Source of the DNA: a virus
Lineage: Duplodnaviria > Heunggongvirae > Uroviricota > Caudoviricetes
IMG/VR virus record: IMGVR_UViG_2734482567_000007
Direction: 5' to 3' (one strand)
Length of the DNA: 38,873 nucleotides
Positions 36,905 to 38,873 of this stretch are shown one piece after another. The notes beneath the pieces are model-generated. The model ran no database searches and was not told where the DNA came from. It saw only the letters and a list, made by a program, of their open reading frames with translations. Each line of letters begins with the position of its first letter. Positions within the stretch are counted from its first letter, which is position 1. The translations under genes and the position numbers were made by a program.

Positions 36905-37477
36905 TCACGGTACTTTTGGTGACGGAGCTGGTGAGGCAGGAAAATAACGATAAAGGGTGGAAAGGCCAATATCAAATATCAGTGCGATTTGTTTACGGGA
37001 CTCGCCATTAGCCAGCAAACGGGCGATTTGCTCCCGCTCTTTCTCTGTCAGTTTCTGAGGTCTGCCGCCATGACGCCCCTGAGCACGGGCAGCAGCAAGA
37101 CCCGCGCGTGTACGTTCAATAATGAGTTCCCGCTCCATTTCCGCCAGCGCGCCCATTATATGGAAAAAGAAACGTCCCATGGGAGTGGATGTATCAATAT
37201 TGTCCGTAATGCTGCGGAAGTTAACGCCGCGTTGCCGGAGTTCTTCTGTTAAAAGGACAAGGTGCTGCATACTGCGTCCAAGGCGATCCAGTTTCCAGAC
37301 CAGCAGGGTATCCCCTGGCCGGAGTCGCTTTAATGCGCGTTTAAGTCCGGGACGCTCCCTTGTCTTACCGCTTATTCTGTCTTCGAAAAACAGCTCACAT
37401 CCTGCACATTCCAGCGCATTTCTTTGTAGCGCCGTATTCTGGTCATTTGTTGACACCCTGATATACCCAATCAGCAT
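36905..37477 (-). CDS. gin: Gin/Hin/Pin/Cin-family serine DNA invertase
   Basis: 190 aa; near-identical N-terminus to Mu Gin (MLIGYIRVSTNDQNT...GDTLLVWKLDRLGRSM...GRFFFHIMGALAEMERELIIERT); adjacent to gix site. Confidence 0.9.
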   Translation of the reverse strand: MLIGYIRVSTNDQNTALQRNALECAGCELFFEDRISGKTRERPGLKRALKRLRPGDTLLVWKLDRLGRSMQHLVLLTEELRQRGVNFRSITDNIDTSTPMGRFFFHIMGALAEMERELIIERTRAGLAAARAQGRHGGRPQKLTEKEREQIARLLANGESRKQIALIFDIGLSTLYRYFPASPAPSPKVP

Positions 37478-37523
37478 ACGATTTCCTTATTATAAAAAGC
37501 CGGAATTGTCGCATGAGGAATAA

Positions 37524-37907
37524 AACAGAGTTAATCCTGGCTTTCCTGAAAACCTCGGTTTACGGGAAACGGTAAACAGGGCGGCGAATGCCCTGCCATC
37601 GGACGGCACCGCCGTTGCCGCGAACAGGCTGGCAAATGCCCACACAATTAATGGTGTTCCCTTTGACGGGACGCAGGATATCACTATCTCATCAGGAACA
37701 GTAACCGCCATAAGACTGGGGTCGGTGACCGCACATATGCCCGGAACATGGGAAAGCTGGGATCTGAATCTGGGGGGCGGCAATGTTCTTACCGGAATTA
37801 AAGTACAGGATGTCGGTAAGAATACGGCAGATAACGTCGGCGGCGTGTATTACCGGCCGTTGCAGTATCTGTTAAATGGAGCATGGGTGACGGCTGCAAG
37901 TATATAA
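37524..37907 (+). CDS. Alternative tail-fibre C-terminal cassette (no start codon; expressed only after inversion)
   Basis: Open frame from IR into variable region ending at 37907; shares ...NGVPFDGTQDI with the minus-strand cassette and then diverges. Confidence 0.55.
   Translation, partial: NRVNPGFPENLGLRETVNRAANALPSDGTAVAANRLANAHTINGVPFDGTQDITISSGTVTAIRLGSVTAHMPGTWESWDLNLGGGNVLTGIKVQDVGKNTADNVGGVYYRPLQYLLNGAWVTAASI
37543..37568. other. gix-type inversion crossover site (left)
   Basis: TTCCTGAAAACCTCGGTTTACGGGAA, matching the Mu gix/hix core AAAACCTCGGTTTAC with imperfect dyad symmetry; 65 bp from gin start. Confidence 0.7.
37555..37624 (+). repeat. Left inverted repeat of invertible segment
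   Basis: 70 bp with one mismatch to the reverse complement of 38804-38873; encodes the shared fibre segment ...RAANALPSDGTAVAAN... Confidence 0.8.
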
Positions 37908-37938
37908 TGATATTCAGAAGGCCTTCCGGCCTTCTTTA

Positions 37939-38460
37939 TTACTGTGGCTGCTCAGGCCATTTAATGGCGTTAAATTCAGCTTCTGTTTTAATGGCGGGTA
38001 GTTCCATTTTCTTCACCTGACTGATGTATGCCATCCATTGGGTAAGTGCTGCTCTGTCTTCATCGCTGATGGTGCCCAGTTGTAGCTCCGTTCTCCAGTC
38101 ATTAATTTTTTCATATGCCTGATTAAGATATGACTGGCGCATTGCTTCCAGTTTTCTTGCGTAGTTAACCGGAATACGGGAGATTATGCCATTATCAAAC
38201 TTCCAGTTTCCTGAAATATCCGTGCCTTCAGGGAGTTCATCGACCTCAACCACAGAAAACCCCGCAGGATACAGCGCCGAGGCGTCCTGTGATATTGAGC
38301 AGATAACGCCGCTGTCAGGTGTTATGCAAAGTTTATATTTTTTGGTGAATAATGGCAGGGATTCGTAGAAATCCTTACCATCTTCACTCTGGAAATACTG
38401 AACATTATTACCATATGGCATATTTTCAGGATAATAACGGGTTATATTTTTTAGTTCCAT
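37939..38460 (-). CDS. Tail-fibre assembly (chaperone) protein, U/Tfa family
   Basis: 173 aa; GGAGG RBS; immediately downstream of minus-strand fibre cassette; typical Tfa C-terminal region. Confidence 0.75.
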   Translation of the reverse strand: MELKNITRYYPENMPYGNNVQYFQSEDGKDFYESLPLFTKKYKLCITPDSGVICSISQDASALYPAGFSVVEVDELPEGTDISGNWKFDNGIISRIPVNYARKLEAMRQSYLNQAYEKINDWRTELQLGTISDEDRAALTQWMAYISQVKKMELPAIKTEAEFNAIKWPEQPQ

Positions 38461-38511
38461 AAAATCCTCCTGGAAATAAATCTGTTTTAAAATATATTAT
38501 TTACTGACTAT

Positions 38512-38873
38512 TTATAACTGAGATACCGTAATCCATGTACCTCCGACTAATTTTTGCAGGGGTCTGAATGCTATAAAATCGTTTGAAGCATCAACTTTAC
38601 TGTCAATCTGCAGGCCTGCCATAACATTACCGTACGCAGAGTAATATGCCCCACCGTACATTACCTGCCTGTTCTCTGCTCCCAGCCTGATATCCTGGAT
38701 ATATCGGGAATCCGCATCCTGCTGTGTTATACCAGAAGTGATGTTTATGTCCTGCGTCCCGTCAAAGGGAACCCCATTAATATTTCTTGGGGTGGCGAGT
38801 CTATTCGCGGCAACGGCGGTGCCGTCCGATGGCAGAGCATTCGCCGCCCTGTTTACCGTTTCCCGTAAACCGA
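38512..38873 (-). CDS. Tail-fibre variable C-terminal cassette (5' truncated at window edge / gix site)
   Basis: Open frame from window end to TAA at 38512-38514; begins with IR-encoded ...NRAANALPSDGTAVAAN then variable region; followed by assembly gene. Confidence 0.6.
   Translation of the reverse strand, partial: GLRETVNRAANALPSDGTAVAANRLATPRNINGVPFDGTQDINITSGITQQDADSRYIQDIRLGAENRQVMYGGAYYSAYGNVMAGLQIDSKVDASNDFIAFRPLQKLVGGTWITVSQL
38804..38873 (-). repeat. Right inverted repeat of invertible segment, ending in right gix half-site (38860-38873)
   Basis: Reverse complement matches 37555-37624; TTCCCGTAAACC + GA at the very end of the window is the right half and centre of a gix site. Confidence 0.8.

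Larger units (their letters stand above)
32404..38873 (-). mobile_element. Mu-like prophage right arm, reverse-complemented relative to left arm (end repeats, mom, com, accessory insert, gin, invertible fibre segment)
   Basis: com/mom/gin homologues all on minus strand; end repeats TTTGATACCG directly after the N gap; gix-like site and inverted repeats at 37543-37624 and 38804-38873. Confidence 0.75.

Noticed and set aside
1-38873. CRISPR array or other periodic direct repeats
   Set aside because: No regularly spaced short direct repeats with unique spacers were seen; the only repeats are transposon end motifs, operator palindromes and the inversion-site inverted repeats.

Overview
The window is essentially one Mu-like transposable prophage of about 38.7 kb, split by a 250-N assembly gap (32154-32403). 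The left arm (77-32153, + strand) runs in Mu order: XRE-type repressor (-), operator region, Ner, DDE transposase A, AAA+ protein B, a block of small early accessory genes, Gam, more accessory genes, GemA, an intrinsic terminator, a Mor/C-family activator, SAR endolysin with overlapping spanins, terminase small and large subunits, portal, F-like head protein, G, I protease/scaffold, major head T, sheath, tube, tape measure, N-like protein, baseplate genes and the 5' part of the tail-fibre gene. The right arm (32404-38873) is the Mu right end but reverse-complemented relative to the left arm: end repeats, mom and com (-), an accessory insert, gin invertase (-), and a small G-like invertible tail-fibre segment. 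The window stops exactly at the crossover dinucleotide of the second gix site. The most interesting unexplained content is the insert between gin and com: a 684-aa SGNH/sialate-O-acetylesterase-like protein, then a 60-aa single-transmembrane peptide gene whose leader is opposed by a candidate plus-strand small RNA (promoter plus intrinsic terminator), then an 84-aa acidic protein. Other points worth follow-up are an AT-rich early accessory block containing a convergent antisense gene, a Myb/SANT-like repeat protein and a 47-aa zinc ribbon; a tRNA-like structured element after the F gene; and a partial duplicate of the terminase small-subunit C-terminus. All calls are from reading the sequence and ORF translations; no database search was run.
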